Positions 1-10,005 of a DNA stretch of 64,000 nt are shown here, in pieces; the stretch's first letter is position 1; each line of letters begins with the position of its first letter. The translations under genes were made by a program, and so were the position numbers. Origin of the DNA: Anaerolineaceae bacterium (GTDB lineage Bacteria > Chloroflexota > Anaerolineae > Aggregatilineales > Phototrophicaceae); assembly GCA_016124855.1 (NCBI GenBank), contig WGMX01000003.1, forward strand, positions 19,765-83,764, given 5' to 3'. The notes below the pieces were generated by a model. That model saw only the letters and a list, made by a program, of their open reading frames with translations, was not told the DNA's origin and searched no databases.

Positions 1-2
1 AT

Positions 3-1397
3 TTGGGCGGGAGTGTGGCAGCCTATTTTTCCAGCCGAAATACCTTTCCCAAGCAGGTCTGGCCGACCAGTAATCAACATGAAATGTTCCTGTTTAATCT
101 GGATACGTTAGGAAGCCAAAACCTCGCCAACACCCAGATCGAGAGTGTAGTCGCCCACGAATTGCAGCATATGATCCGCTTCAACCTCGAACGCAATGAG
201 GACATCTGGCTGAACGAGGGATTTTCCACGTTTACACAACTGCTGCTTTACCAAGATACGAGTTCAATTCCTTATTTCTTGTACAACCCGCATACCCAGC
301 TTAACGATTGGCCGCCAGATGCAGCCAGCGCGCCCCATTATGGTGCGGCGAATTTATTTGTGGCGTATTTTTATGAACGGTTCGGGGAAGCCGGACTGCG
401 AAAACTAAGCCAAGAGCCTGAGCGTGGATTAGACGCATTTGACCATGTTCTGAAAGATATAGGCGAAAAAGGGGTCAATGACTTTTTTGCGGATTGGGTA
501 CTGGCGAACTTTCTTGTTCATCCTAAAGCAAGCGACGGGCGATATGGACACAAACTGCTGCCCGTTGGTTTTGTCAGTGCAGCACCTATCGCGACAGTTA
601 ACACGTATCCTTACCGCTACACAGGTACACTCAACCAGTATGCTACCGATTATCATATGCTAACAGATGTGGGGGGTAAACAAGCGCTTGATATTCAGGT
701 AGAGGCGCCCACGACAGCGATGCTGATTCCGTTTAATGCGCCGAGCGGACAATGGATGTGGTACAGCAATCGGGCGGACTTGAGCGACATGCGGCTGACC
801 CGAAACTTTGACCTGACGAGCGTAAAAGCAGCTACCTTGAACTACAAGGTGTGGTATGACACTGAACAATATTACGACTACGGTTATGTAACCGTTAGTG
901 CCGACGGTGGGAAAAGCTGGCAGATTATCAAAACGCCGAACAGTGACAACAGCAATCCCGTCAGCAACGCTTACGGGCCGGGCTACACGGGCGTAAGCGG
1001 CGGTTGGCGCGATGAGCAGGTTTCGTTGAGCGCTTATTCGGGCCAGAATATCCAGTTACGATTTGAGTTTATCGCCGATGACAGCACGACCAGCAAAGGC
1101 ATGGCAATTGATGCGGTAAGCATCCCTGAAATTGGTTACCAGAACGACTTTGAGCAGGACGACGGCGGCTGGCAAGCAGAGGGTTGGGTACGTACCGATA
1201 ACCGGCTGCCGCAGCAAATATGGGTGCAAGCTGTTCAGCAAGTCGATGATCAGGTGCTGGTGAAGCGCTGGCTTGCTCCGGCTGAAAGTGATTGGCAGCT
1301 TCCGATTGAAAGTAGAAGCAACAGCGTTCTAATTGCGATTTCTCCATTTGCACCGGTGACGACAACACCGACTACTTATACATTGGCGGTTCAGTAA
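3..1397 (+). CDS. Immune inhibitor A-like zinc metallopeptidase (M6/M30-like), 5'-truncated by the window edge
   Basis: HExxH motif (AHELQH) followed by WLNEGFS; C-terminal jelly-roll segment (YDYGYVTVSADGGKSW...LRFEFIADD...GMAID) typical of InhA-like proteins. Confidence 0.8.
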   Translation: MGGSVAAYFSSRNTFPKQVWPTSNQHEMFLFNLDTLGSQNLANTQIESVVAHELQHMIRFNLERNEDIWLNEGFSTFTQLLLYQDTSSIPYFLYNPHTQLNDWPPDAASAPHYGAANLFVAYFYERFGEAGLRKLSQEPERGLDAFDHVLKDIGEKGVNDFFADWVLANFLVHPKASDGRYGHKLLPVGFVSAAPIATVNTYPYRYTGTLNQYATDYHMLTDVGGKQALDIQVEAPTTAMLIPFNAPSGQWMWYSNRADLSDMRLTRNFDLTSVKAATLNYKVWYDTEQYYDYGYVTVSADGGKSWQIIKTPNSDNSNPVSNAYGPGYTGVSGGWRDEQVSLSAYSGQNIQLRFEFIADDSTTSKGMAIDAVSIPEIGYQNDFEQDDGGWQAEGWVRTDNRLPQQIWVQAVQQVDDQVLVKRWLAPAESDWQLPIESRSNSVLIAISPFAPVTTTPTTYTLAVQ

Positions 1398-2250
1398 GTC
1401 GTCAGTCATCAGCTAGCAGTCGATATCAGGAGGAGTGATACAGCATTGATTCAAAATGCTGCAAAAAAAGGCGAATAGTGCAATTGCAGCTCCTCGTTTG
1501 ATGGCGGTTTTGAGAGAGCAAAGTGCCGAACGTTCGCAAAATTCTTCAGATTCTTCAATTTCACTGTGCAATTTGGCCTTTAGTGGATAGCGATTGGCTT
1601 TTAGCTCAATACAAGTCATCCAGTCGAAGACAAAGTCGGGAAGCTGTTTTATGGCGGCGGTGGTGGATTTGAATAAGCGAAACATGCGGCGAAAGCAGCA
1701 AAAGCGGCAAAACAGATAGATGGTCGCCAGCTTACGGTCGCCAGTCATCAGCCCAACATATTACTTTTGACGGCGACATTGGCGGCATCGGGCGAAATGC
1801 TGTTGATGTTGTTGTTGCAGTTGAGAATGGGCTATTTTTATTACATTTGCAACGATTGATGGTTTTTAAGCTGCATTGGTTAGAGGCGGATTTGCCGCTG
1901 GCAAATCCCTACAATCTGACCTATTGATATTGTACGACAAGGCGAATGGGAATGGGTTACATCGTGGAAGAACATTTTGTAACTTTTTCGATGCATTGGC
2001 ATTAACTTTTTAAGTGAGCACCGGACACAACGGGTTCAGAAATGGTTAGAGAACCGTTTAGGGACAAATTTAAAGTAAACCTTGATAATATAAAATGCGA
2101 CGGGTTTACTTAGAATTCATGAAAAATAAGCCAGCACTCCTATAAATCATAGCGCAACCCATGATAAATTCAGGTATAATTAGGTTGTATTCATGTCAAA
2201 CTTGCAAATTCATTGTAAGTTTATTCATGGAGTGGTTGGGAATAACCATT

Positions 2251-3597
2251 ATGAATCGTTTATCACTTCTTCTATACGGTCTTATCTTGTCAGGAATCGT
2301 GGTTATGCCTGTGGTGGCTGCCGACTGCCCCACATTAGTTAAGCAAGCGCTGGCTGCTACGGATACCATTTGCCAAGAAACAGGCAAGAATGAGGCCTGC
2401 TATGGCAATATCAGCCTAAAAGCTACTCCAATTTCCAAGAGTGATCGGTTTACGTTTAGCCAACCCGGCGACGTTGTCAGTGTAAGCGATATAAAGTCGT
2501 TACAACTGTCACCGATGACCATTGATACGGGCGAGTGGGGTGTGGCGTTGATGAACGTCGAAGCCAACTTACCTGCCGCAAAGCCCGCTAACGTCACGGT
2601 ATTGGCCTTTGGTGATGTGACACTGGAAAATAATGTACCTTCGCCAACAACGATAGATATGTATGTGGCAGGGCGTGATCCTATCAATGTTCGTCTTGTG
2701 CCCAATTTGAAAGCTGGCGTGGTCGGTACAATTAAGCCCAATAATGCCGTTACGGCGGTAGAACGATTGGCAGACAGTTCATGGATACGGGTGAAGTTAA
2801 CTGACAGCGAACAGACCGGTTGGGTTAAAAGCGATTTAGTTAAGAGTGGTGATGACCTCAATACGCTTAACGTGGCAGCCGCGACGCAGCCCTACTACCG
2901 TCCAATGCAGGCTTTTACTTTCAAGAGCGGGAGCGAATCACAAAGCTGCGCGGAAATCCCCAAAGATGGGCTTATTATCCAAACACCCGAAGGTGCCGGT
3001 GAAGTCCAGTTATGGATTAACCAAGTGGTCGTCAAATTGGGGTCCACAGTTTATTTTCAGGCACAGCCCAGCGGCAACATGACGGTAACAACGGTGGAGG
3101 GTCATGCAACTGTCATCGCAAATGGTGTAACCCGTACGGCTGTTGCAGGGAGCAGCATTCAGGTTAGGCTGGACGCAGATATGAATCCTGTTTCATCGCC
3201 CAGTTTGCCGCAAGCTTATGCGATGTCTGATGTTGAGAATTTGCCTATAGGCCATTTAAAGCGCAAGATTAGCATTCATGCACCGCTTAGCGCAGCAGAA
3301 ATAGCGGCTGTCCAACAGGAACAAAGCGCTCCAATTTGTCCGGCAAACTGTCCGCCACAAGGCAATAATAATGGCAACAGTAGTGAAAACGGAAACAGCG
3401 ATAACTGTCCCGGCAACAGCTGCCATAACGGAACCAACAACAATAATGGTAACGGCGGCAATAGTGACAGCTGCCCCGGCAACAGCTGCCATAACGGAAC
3501 CAACAATAATAATGGTAACGGCAATGGCAACAGTAACGGCAACGGCAACGGTAATGGTAATGGTAATGGTAACGGCAATGGAAAAAATAACGGCTAA
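2251..3597 (+). CDS. Exported protein with SH3b-like domain and Asn/Gly/Cys-rich low-complexity tail
   Basis: Signal peptide (MNRLSLLLYG...VVAA); SH3b-like INVRLVP...WIRVKL...TGWV; tail of NG repeats. Start moved from 2161 to the ATG at 2251. Confidence 0.7.
   Translation: MNRLSLLLYGLILSGIVVMPVVAADCPTLVKQALAATDTICQETGKNEACYGNISLKATPISKSDRFTFSQPGDVVSVSDIKSLQLSPMTIDTGEWGVALMNVEANLPAAKPANVTVLAFGDVTLENNVPSPTTIDMYVAGRDPINVRLVPNLKAGVVGTIKPNNAVTAVERLADSSWIRVKLTDSEQTGWVKSDLVKSGDDLNTLNVAAATQPYYRPMQAFTFKSGSESQSCAEIPKDGLIIQTPEGAGEVQLWINQVVVKLGSTVYFQAQPSGNMTVTTVEGHATVIANGVTRTAVAGSSIQVRLDADMNPVSSPSLPQAYAMSDVENLPIGHLKRKISIHAPLSAAEIAAVQQEQSAPICPANCPPQGNNNGNSSENGNSDNCPGNSCHNGTNNNNGNGGNSDSCPGNSCHNGTNNNNGNGNGNSNGNGNGNGNGNGNGNGKNNG
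3397..3522 (+). repeat. In-frame 66-bp tandem repeat (2 copies) encoding SDxCPGNSCHNGTNNNNGNG, followed by an (NG)n tract
   Basis: cggcaacagctgccataacggaaccaacaa at 3411 and 3477. Confidence 0.9.
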
Positions 3598-3624
3598 CGT
3601 TTAGGTTAGCAATTGGGTTGATCG

Positions 3625-3660
3625 AACGGGGTTTATCACAGGATGAACCCCGTTTTTATT
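3625..3660 (+). terminator. Rho-independent terminator
   Basis: Stem aacggggtttatc / gatgaaccccgtt followed by a T-rich run. Confidence 0.8.
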
Positions 3661-3785
3661 TCTAGCGGGTTGGCTCTCTCATGACATTCGCCTGTCGCTG
3701 AACGGTATCGGACATGGCTGAGACAGGTTACAATCCAGCCTAGATACCCTACAGAAATTTTGAAACTAAAATTTTCACTAAGGAT

Positions 3786-4562
3786 TTGATGATGAGTAAT
3801 TTATTTGACCTTACGGGACGAACGGCATTAATTACCGGCGCAGGGCGAGGCATCGGGCGCGAAATCGCACGCACATTGGCGGCGGCAGGTGCAGACATCG
3901 CTATCGCAGAGCTTGATCCTTCTACAGCAAGCGACGCGGCTGAGGAAATACGGGGTATGGGACGGCAAGCGTTTTCGGTCGAATGCAATGTGCGCGAGGC
4001 GGGGAGCGTCAACAATGCGGTTGCCAGTGTATTGGAACACATGGGCAAAATTGACATCCTTGTCAACAATGCGGGCATCGCCCGCTGGACGAAAGCGGAA
4101 GAAACGTCTGATTCAGATTGGCTGGATGTGATCGACATCAATTTGAATGGAACGTTCTGGGGATGCCGCGCCGTCGCACCGCACATGTTGGCGCGTGGAT
4201 CGGGCAGCATCGTCAACATTGCCTCGATGTCAGGCTCGATTGTCAACAAACCGCAGCCGCAGTCCGCTTACAATGTATCTAAAGCGGGCGTGATTATGCT
4301 GACCAAATCACTGGCAGCGGAATGGGCAGGACGCGGAGTAAGAGTAAATTCGGTTTCGCCGGGTTATATCGCTACTGAGATGACACGCAAGGCTGTGACC
4401 ACTTATACCGATTGGGCTGCAATCTGGCATGATATGACTCCGGTTGGTCATATGGGTGAGCCGGCTGACGTGGCACATGCCGTGTGGTATTTGGCCTCAG
4501 ATGCAGCCAAATTCGCAATGGGAACGGATTTAATTGTTGATGGTGGATATACGGCATGGTGA
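3786..4562 (+). CDS. Short-chain dehydrogenase/reductase (sugar/polyol dehydrogenase-like)
   Basis: TGAGRGIG, NNAG, catalytic YNVSK, IASMSG..VNKPQPQ, VDGGYT. Confidence 0.9.
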   Translation: MMMSNLFDLTGRTALITGAGRGIGREIARTLAAAGADIAIAELDPSTASDAAEEIRGMGRQAFSVECNVREAGSVNNAVASVLEHMGKIDILVNNAGIARWTKAEETSDSDWLDVIDINLNGTFWGCRAVAPHMLARGSGSIVNIASMSGSIVNKPQPQSAYNVSKAGVIMLTKSLAAEWAGRGVRVNSVSPGYIATEMTRKAVTTYTDWAAIWHDMTPVGHMGEPADVAHAVWYLASDAAKFAMGTDLIVDGGYTAW

Positions 4563-4574
4563 TGAGTGGAGAAG

Positions 4575-4621
4575 TACCCCTAACCCCAACCCTTCCCCCG
4601 TAGCAACAGGGGAAGGGAGCA
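4575..4621 (+). repeat. REP-like dispersed element, copy 1
   Basis: tacccctaaccccaacccttcccccgtagcaacaggggaagggagca; matches the reverse complement of 41357-41403 with 2 mismatches. Confidence 0.85.
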
Positions 4622-4665
4622 ATACGACACACGACGTATTAAAAAGTTAAGCGATATGAGATGGG

Positions 4666-5049
4666 TTAATTGCGAGAGATAATCCGGTCAAGTTCACGGA
4701 CGAAACTGGTATCGTCCAGCGGCTTGGCAAAATAGGCATCAAAGCCAGCGGCCAGCGCTTGCTGCTTAAGCTGTGACGAATGGAAAGCAGTAATCGCCAC
4801 ACAGGGAAGCTGGGCGTAGGTAGAATCGTTACGCATGGCGCTAATCAGCTCAATACCGTCCATGCCGGGTAAACCCAGATCAATTACGGCGGCAGTATAT
4901 TGATTCTGATTGAGGAGGTGCAGTGCATCCTCAGCCGTGCCAACCGCATCTGCGCTAATGTTAAAGTAGCCTAAAATGGCCTCAACCACTTCTTGCCCAT
5001 CAATTTCATCCTCGACAATCAAAACGTGCCATTTATCCATAGGTATCAC
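4666..5049 (-). CDS. Single-domain response regulator (receiver)
   Basis: VEDE, DLGLPGMDG, TA and KP receiver motifs. Confidence 0.9.
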   Translation of the reverse strand: MIPMDKWHVLIVEDEIDGQEVVEAILGYFNISADAVGTAEDALHLLNQNQYTAAVIDLGLPGMDGIELISAMRNDSTYAQLPCVAITAFHSSQLKQQALAAGFDAYFAKPLDDTSFVRELDRIISRN

Positions 5050-5055
5050 AGCCTG

Positions 5056-5487
5056 TTATCCTTTCTCACTCGACAGTAGTTCAGCCATTGCGGGGGTGTT
5101 CATGACCAATTGAAGGAAATCCTGTATGAATGTTGCCGGTTGCAACGGTTTACTCAAGTAATTGTGAAAGCCAGCGGCCAAAGCACGCTGCTTATCACCG
5201 GTCATCGCGTGTGCGGTGAGGGCAATCACGGGGATGTCTTTGGTTTTGGGGTCGTTCTTTAGGATATGGATCATTTCCCAACCGCTCATAACCGGCATCG
5301 AAAGGTCAGATATAACAAACCTCGGCTGAAATTCACGGGCTAATTCCAACCCCTCTTGACCATTAGAGCCGATGAGCACATCGACATCATACATTTGCAG
5401 CAGCACGACCACGACTTCTAGATTATCCGGTTCATCATCCACAACAAGGATTTGCTGCCCTTGTAAAACGTTTCCGTCGACAGTCAT
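5056..5487 (-). CDS. Single-domain response regulator (DivK-like receiver)
   Basis: VDDE, DLSMPVMSG, IPVIALTAHAM, KP. Confidence 0.9.
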   Translation of the reverse strand: MTVDGNVLQGQQILVVDDEPDNLEVVVVLLQMYDVDVLIGSNGQEGLELAREFQPRFVISDLSMPVMSGWEMIHILKNDPKTKDIPVIALTAHAMTGDKQRALAAGFHNYLSKPLQPATFIQDFLQLVMNTPAMAELLSSEKG

Positions 5488-7055
5488 GATACGGCTACCT
5501 TTTCAGCTTCATTGACAGTTTCTAGGGGGAGTTCGGCGGTAAATGTGCTGCCTTCCCCGACTACACTTTGTACGTTGATGGTGCCATTCAAGGCTACTGC
5601 TAATTTCTGAACAATTGCCAGACCTAAACCGCTGCCTCCATGCGTGCGTTTAGACGAACCATCGACTTGACGGAAGCGTTCGAAAATAGCATCGTGCATA
5701 TGGGGCGGGATACCAATGCCCGTATCAGTGACCGCGATAACGAGATTATTGTCTTTCTGCGACAAGTCCAACGTCACGCTGCCCTTTTCAGTAAATTTAA
5801 AGGCGTTGCCAAGCAGGTTGGTGACAATCTTGGTGATCGCATCTTCATCAATGAAAATGGTCGGCGGCAAAGCGGGATCAAGATTAACGTTGAATTTCAG
5901 GAGTTTTTCATCTGCAAGAACGCCCATTTGGGATTGCAGACGTTCGATCAAATCAGCAAGAGATACATTCGATTTCACGAACTGCATACGACCGGATTCA
6001 ATGCGGCTGACATCAAGGATGTCGTTGATGAGGGTTAAGAGGCGGTTGGCATTGGCCTGCGAACGACGAACCATGTGCAGCGAACGGTCATCTAGTTTGG
6101 CGGTCATGAGCAAAATGCCCTGAAAGCCGAGCATGGCATTCAACGGTGTACGCAGTTCATGACTCATGATCGCCAAAAATTCATCTTTCAAGCGGCTGGC
6201 TTCTTGCGCCTCGCGGGTGGCGACACGGAGTTCTTTGGTTCGTTCTTCAACGCGTTTTTCCAAAACACTGTTGGCGGCGATGAGATCGGTATCGCGCTTT
6301 TGGATCGATTCGGACATCATATTAAACGCCGTCGAGAGCTGACCGATTTCGTCGTTGGTTCCGATACTGGCACGTTGAGAGTAGTCACCGTTCATCATGC
6401 GGGTAGCGGCGGTTTGCAATTGAACAATAGGTTGGAGAATGCGTCTAGCGATCAACACGCCCAACGCGAGCGCCGCACCAAGCACCAATACAATCGAAAT
6501 GAGGTTGATGGCAACGGCTGTATGTGAGGTGTTTTGTGCTGCTAGAATATTCAACTGAAATTCAGCTTGTTCCTCGGTAATAGCATTGTCAATCGCGGAC
6601 TGAAAAACCTCTTCTGCGGCATCAATCCCGAGGGCTGCTTGATAAAGCTCGGCATCTTGGGTGCTGGTGTTAGCAACATCAAGTAAATGTTGGGTACGCG
6701 CGACATAATCCGGTACGGCGGCGGCAATTGCCTCGTAAGCATCCGGTTCATTGGTAACGGCTTTGAATTCCTCAAGATGCGTTTTTAGCTCATCCACTGC
6801 ATCTTTATATTCTTGATCCTCAATGGACGCGGCGCTAATTTTGCGGAACAACGCGTGATGAATGACTGTCTCTCGCATATTGTTGCCAGCGGCTTCAATT
6901 TGGCCCAACAAGGTCAATGAAGGGCTGGTGCTCTTGATAATGACATCGGCAGAATTTGTGATTTGTTCAGCCGTTATGATACCGACTATGCCAACGATAA
7001 ATACGAGCGAAGCAACTGCAACATAACTTAGGATAAGTCTCAATCGTAAACTCAT
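5484..7055 (-). CDS. Membrane sensor histidine kinase (four-helix sensor domain, HAMP, HisKA, HATPase)
   Basis: Two TM segments, HAMP (DEIGQLSTAFNMM), H-box SHELRTPL, NLLGNAFKFT, DTGIGI, GSGLGL. Confidence 0.92.
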   Translation of the reverse strand: MSLRLRLILSYVAVASLVFIVGIVGIITAEQITNSADVIIKSTSPSLTLLGQIEAAGNNMRETVIHHALFRKISAASIEDQEYKDAVDELKTHLEEFKAVTNEPDAYEAIAAAVPDYVARTQHLLDVANTSTQDAELYQAALGIDAAEEVFQSAIDNAITEEQAEFQLNILAAQNTSHTAVAINLISIVLVLGAALALGVLIARRILQPIVQLQTAATRMMNGDYSQRASIGTNDEIGQLSTAFNMMSESIQKRDTDLIAANSVLEKRVEERTKELRVATREAQEASRLKDEFLAIMSHELRTPLNAMLGFQGILLMTAKLDDRSLHMVRRSQANANRLLTLINDILDVSRIESGRMQFVKSNVSLADLIERLQSQMGVLADEKLLKFNVNLDPALPPTIFIDEDAITKIVTNLLGNAFKFTEKGSVTLDLSQKDNNLVIAVTDTGIGIPPHMHDAIFERFRQVDGSSKRTHGGSGLGLAIVQKLAVALNGTINVQSVVGEGSTFTAELPLETVNEAEKVAVS

Positions 7056-7328
7056 ATATCAGCGCTCCAATTTGACGGTCAGATTTTTATGACGAGCAGA
7101 CTTTAGTACGGTCAATAACCATTTACCTGTATTTTGTAATATATCATGCGAACTAAGGAATATTTCGTAAAGTATATTAGATTCACGGGAAATTCAGTGA
7201 TGTGAAATTCATAAACTTCGGTTGATTAGTGCTACGGTGAAACAAATTAATCTACGACGAAAGTTTGATGATTTATCCACCGGACTCCCCATATTCTTTT
7301 GAGAAAAGCATGTGACGATAAGTGTTAC

Positions 7329-7354
7329 GGAACTTTTGCATAATATTCAGCGTA
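7329..7354 (+). promoter_or_regulatory. Possible ECF-sigma promoter (GGAAC-N17-CGTA)
   Basis: ggaacttttgcataatattcagcgta about 60 nt upstream of the RBS-preceded GTG at 7412. Confidence 0.35.
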
Positions 7355-7411
7355 CTATTGAGTATGAGCAGCCCACGCTGCCCAGAAATAAGCTCAACAC
7401 AGGAGGCATTT

Positions 7412-9160
7412 GTGAAAAAACTACTTACACTATTGGCAGTCATGATTGTCGTACTAGGAACGCTTTTTACTCCCACGACAGCCGCGCCTACGGCTGATCT
7501 GAACGCGCTGGCGAAATATTTTCCAGCCTCGGCACCTGTGCTGGTCAGTTTCCGCACAGACGATGCTTATATCAAAGAAATTGATGATCTTTTCGCAAAG
7601 ATTGCGGCTCAAATTCCCGGCATGAAACAACCGGAGAAAATTGCCGACCAGTTTGACCAAGCAGTCAAAACGCTTACGGGCGGTGATTTTCAATCCGACG
7701 TTCGCAGTTGGTTAGGTGACACTGCCAGCATCGGTTTATTTAGTTTTGATGGCATGATGGGCCGGGGAAGTTCGGATGGCAAATCGCCTCATTTCTTAGC
7801 GGCTGTCGCGATTACTGATCAGAAGGCCGCCGAAACTTTTTGGAAAACCGCACTCGATAAAGCATCAAACGGGAAGTACGAAAGTTCAACCGAAGGTGAT
7901 TTCACTCTATTTATCCCAAGCAAGGATGCGCCTCGTTCGGCATCTGGCATCGTTGCCATTGGTCAAGACGTCATGTTGATTGCGGCTTACCAAGAAGATT
8001 TGGCATTGGCCGGTCAAAATGACCCGTTGAGCGAAAGCGCCACATTCACTGACAGCATCAGTTTGCTGCCCGCCGAAGATTACAACATCACCATTTACAC
8101 GAACCTTGGTGATTTGTTCAAGCAAGTGATGGCAATGCAGTCCGAAATGATGGGCAGCAATCCGGCGCAAGCTGCCATGATGAAAAATTTGGCACCATTT
8201 CTGGAGAAGTTCCCACCAGAAATTATTGGGTTCACTGTCCTTGATGAACGTTCGCTGACCATCGATTTTGCCGTGCCTTATGGTGATTTGTTGGCAGAGG
8301 CCGAAAAAGCTGGTTTTAGCACTGCAATGCCCGTTCCGGTTAATCCGGCCTTCGCGGCTAACATTCTTTCCGGTTCACCGCTGGTTCTGCACAGCACGAA
8401 TTTAGGGGCGTCACTTGAAGGTGTATTGAAGAACTTCCAAGCTCAAGCTGGAATGATGCCATCATCAAGCGGCATGTCGGCGGATGAATTGAAGAAGAAC
8501 CTTGACCAGATCAATAAAGCAGTTCTGCTTTTCACAAAGAAGGATCTGGAAAAGGATATTCTGCCCGCTATGACCGGTGACTACGCGCTGTATGTCACCC
8601 TGAATCCGGCTTTAAGTGATGTTTCAAGCGGTTCTGATTTGATGAAGCAGCTGCCCGTCGATTTCGGTTTTCTAACCGAGATGAATGATGCAACGATTGC
8701 TCCAGCAATTATGGACGGCATCAAGATGGCATTCACGATGAGCGAATCCAAAGACACTAAACTGACGACCGAGACGATTGGTGGCGTGGATGCATTGGTG
8801 ATTACCAGCACGCCAAAGGATAGTCCGTTCCCCATTGAATTGGTTATCACAGGCAACGACAAGCTGTTCTTCTTCGGCACCCGCCGCGCGGCAGAAGCCG
8901 CTTTAACAGGTACAGGCGGATTGGATAAAGACGCTTCATTCCAAGAAGCAGCGGGTTATATGGTTACTTCACCTTCGGTGGTGGCTTACCTAGCCAGCGA
9001 AGGTTTGAAGCCCCTCTCTAAGATCATCAGCCTTACCAGCGGCAAGAGCAGCGGAGAGCAATTTGGCGCTTTCCTAAAACTCTTGAGCAGCGCTAGTATC
9101 AGCAGTTCGACCCAAGACAATGTTGGTTATGGTCGTGTAGTCTGGACGCTGCCTCGGTAG
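7412..9160 (+). CDS. Exported DUF3352-like protein
   Basis: RBS aggagg then GTG 7412; signal peptide; LAKYFPA..P, duplicated DFQSDVRSWLGD / DLEKDILPAMTGDY halves. Confidence 0.6.
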   Translation: MKKLLTLLAVMIVVLGTLFTPTTAAPTADLNALAKYFPASAPVLVSFRTDDAYIKEIDDLFAKIAAQIPGMKQPEKIADQFDQAVKTLTGGDFQSDVRSWLGDTASIGLFSFDGMMGRGSSDGKSPHFLAAVAITDQKAAETFWKTALDKASNGKYESSTEGDFTLFIPSKDAPRSASGIVAIGQDVMLIAAYQEDLALAGQNDPLSESATFTDSISLLPAEDYNITIYTNLGDLFKQVMAMQSEMMGSNPAQAAMMKNLAPFLEKFPPEIIGFTVLDERSLTIDFAVPYGDLLAEAEKAGFSTAMPVPVNPAFAANILSGSPLVLHSTNLGASLEGVLKNFQAQAGMMPSSSGMSADELKKNLDQINKAVLLFTKKDLEKDILPAMTGDYALYVTLNPALSDVSSGSDLMKQLPVDFGFLTEMNDATIAPAIMDGIKMAFTMSESKDTKLTTETIGGVDALVITSTPKDSPFPIELVITGNDKLFFFGTRRAAEAALTGTGGLDKDASFQEAAGYMVTSPSVVAYLASEGLKPLSKIISLTSGKSSGEQFGAFLKLLSSASISSSTQDNVGYGRVVWTLPR

Positions 9161-9174
9161 TTTTACCGGATCAG

Positions 9175-9208
9175 TCATGCAGGAGTGCGGAGTTGCACTC
9201 CTGCATGA
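9175..9208 (+). terminator. Strong hairpin downstream of the DUF3352-like gene
   Basis: 14-bp perfect stem tcatgcaggagtgc / gcactcctgcatga. Confidence 0.65.
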
Positions 9209-9381
9209 AAATAACTTCTTCGCAACAAATTTCCCGTTTTCTATTTCAACATCGCGTTACAATCTTGAAACATTTACGTTTTTCAGGACTAAATTCCTAT
9301 GCGCCAATAGGTCAAGCGCGCTATGATATACCAGTCCAATAAGTTAGAAGTCATAACAAGCTTGGTTTAGGAGGCGCGGCG

Positions 9382-9936
9382 ATGAGTGACCACATTTGCC
9401 CACGATGCCAATTTGTAAACGCGAAACAGTCACCTGTTTGTGTTGAATGCGGCCAACTGTTGGATGATGATCTGGATGCAACCCGGCCTTTGACCATGCC
9501 CAGTCGTCTCCAGCCTATCCACACGCTTATTTTCCAAATCGGCGACGACCAGCTTTCCATTTCACTAAAATTAGCCGAGCGTATCATTTTAGGTCGGCAG
9601 TCCAACCATATGGCCGACCGTCCTGATCTTGATTTGGGACGTTTTAAGGCAGCCGAACACGGCATTTCGCGCATCCACGCCACGCTGGAATGCAACGAAG
9701 CCGGGATTTACCTGATGGATTTGGGCAGCCGCAATGGAACATTCGTTAACGGACAGCCGTTGAGTGCATTTAGCCCGTGCTATTTGGCCAACGGCGATGT
9801 ATTACGTTTCGGCAAGCTGACAGTGACATTGGCATTGGTTACCGAAGAAAATGGCGACAACCGTTTTGCCGTTTCGACACATGCCAAATCCAAAACTGGT
9901 AAATTAGAAGAAAGCATTCGCTTGATGCGCGTTTAG
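9382..9936 (+). CDS. Zinc-ribbon plus FHA domain protein
   Basis: CPRC...CVECG; FHA motifs LGR, ISRIHA, DLGSRNGTFVNG. Confidence 0.88.
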   Translation: MSDHICPRCQFVNAKQSPVCVECGQLLDDDLDATRPLTMPSRLQPIHTLIFQIGDDQLSISLKLAERIILGRQSNHMADRPDLDLGRFKAAEHGISRIHATLECNEAGIYLMDLGSRNGTFVNGQPLSAFSPCYLANGDVLRFGKLTVTLALVTEENGDNRFAVSTHAKSKTGKLEESIRLMRV

Positions 9937-9957
9937 CCTTTTTTCGCAATCCTTATG

Positions 9958-9994
9958 AATAAAAATCCCTGCCAACGGACAGGGATTTTTTATT
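9958..9994. terminator. Bidirectional terminator between convergent genes
   Basis: aataaaaatccctg...cagggattttttatt. Confidence 0.85.
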
Positions 9995-10005
9995 GCATTA
10001 GGCCA

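Noticed and set aside
1413-1748. 111-aa minus-strand ORF as a gene
   Set aside because: No recognisable motif, odd composition, and it coincides with repeat-like non-coding sequence.
3276-3578. Minus-strand (LP)n ORF
   Set aside because: Antisense shadow of the Asn-Gly tail.
3397-3594. CRISPR-like repeat array
   Set aside because: In-frame coding repeat with no unique spacers and no cas genes.
4666-7055. Kinase plus two stand-alone receivers as a novel system
   Set aside because: A common arrangement with canonical motifs.
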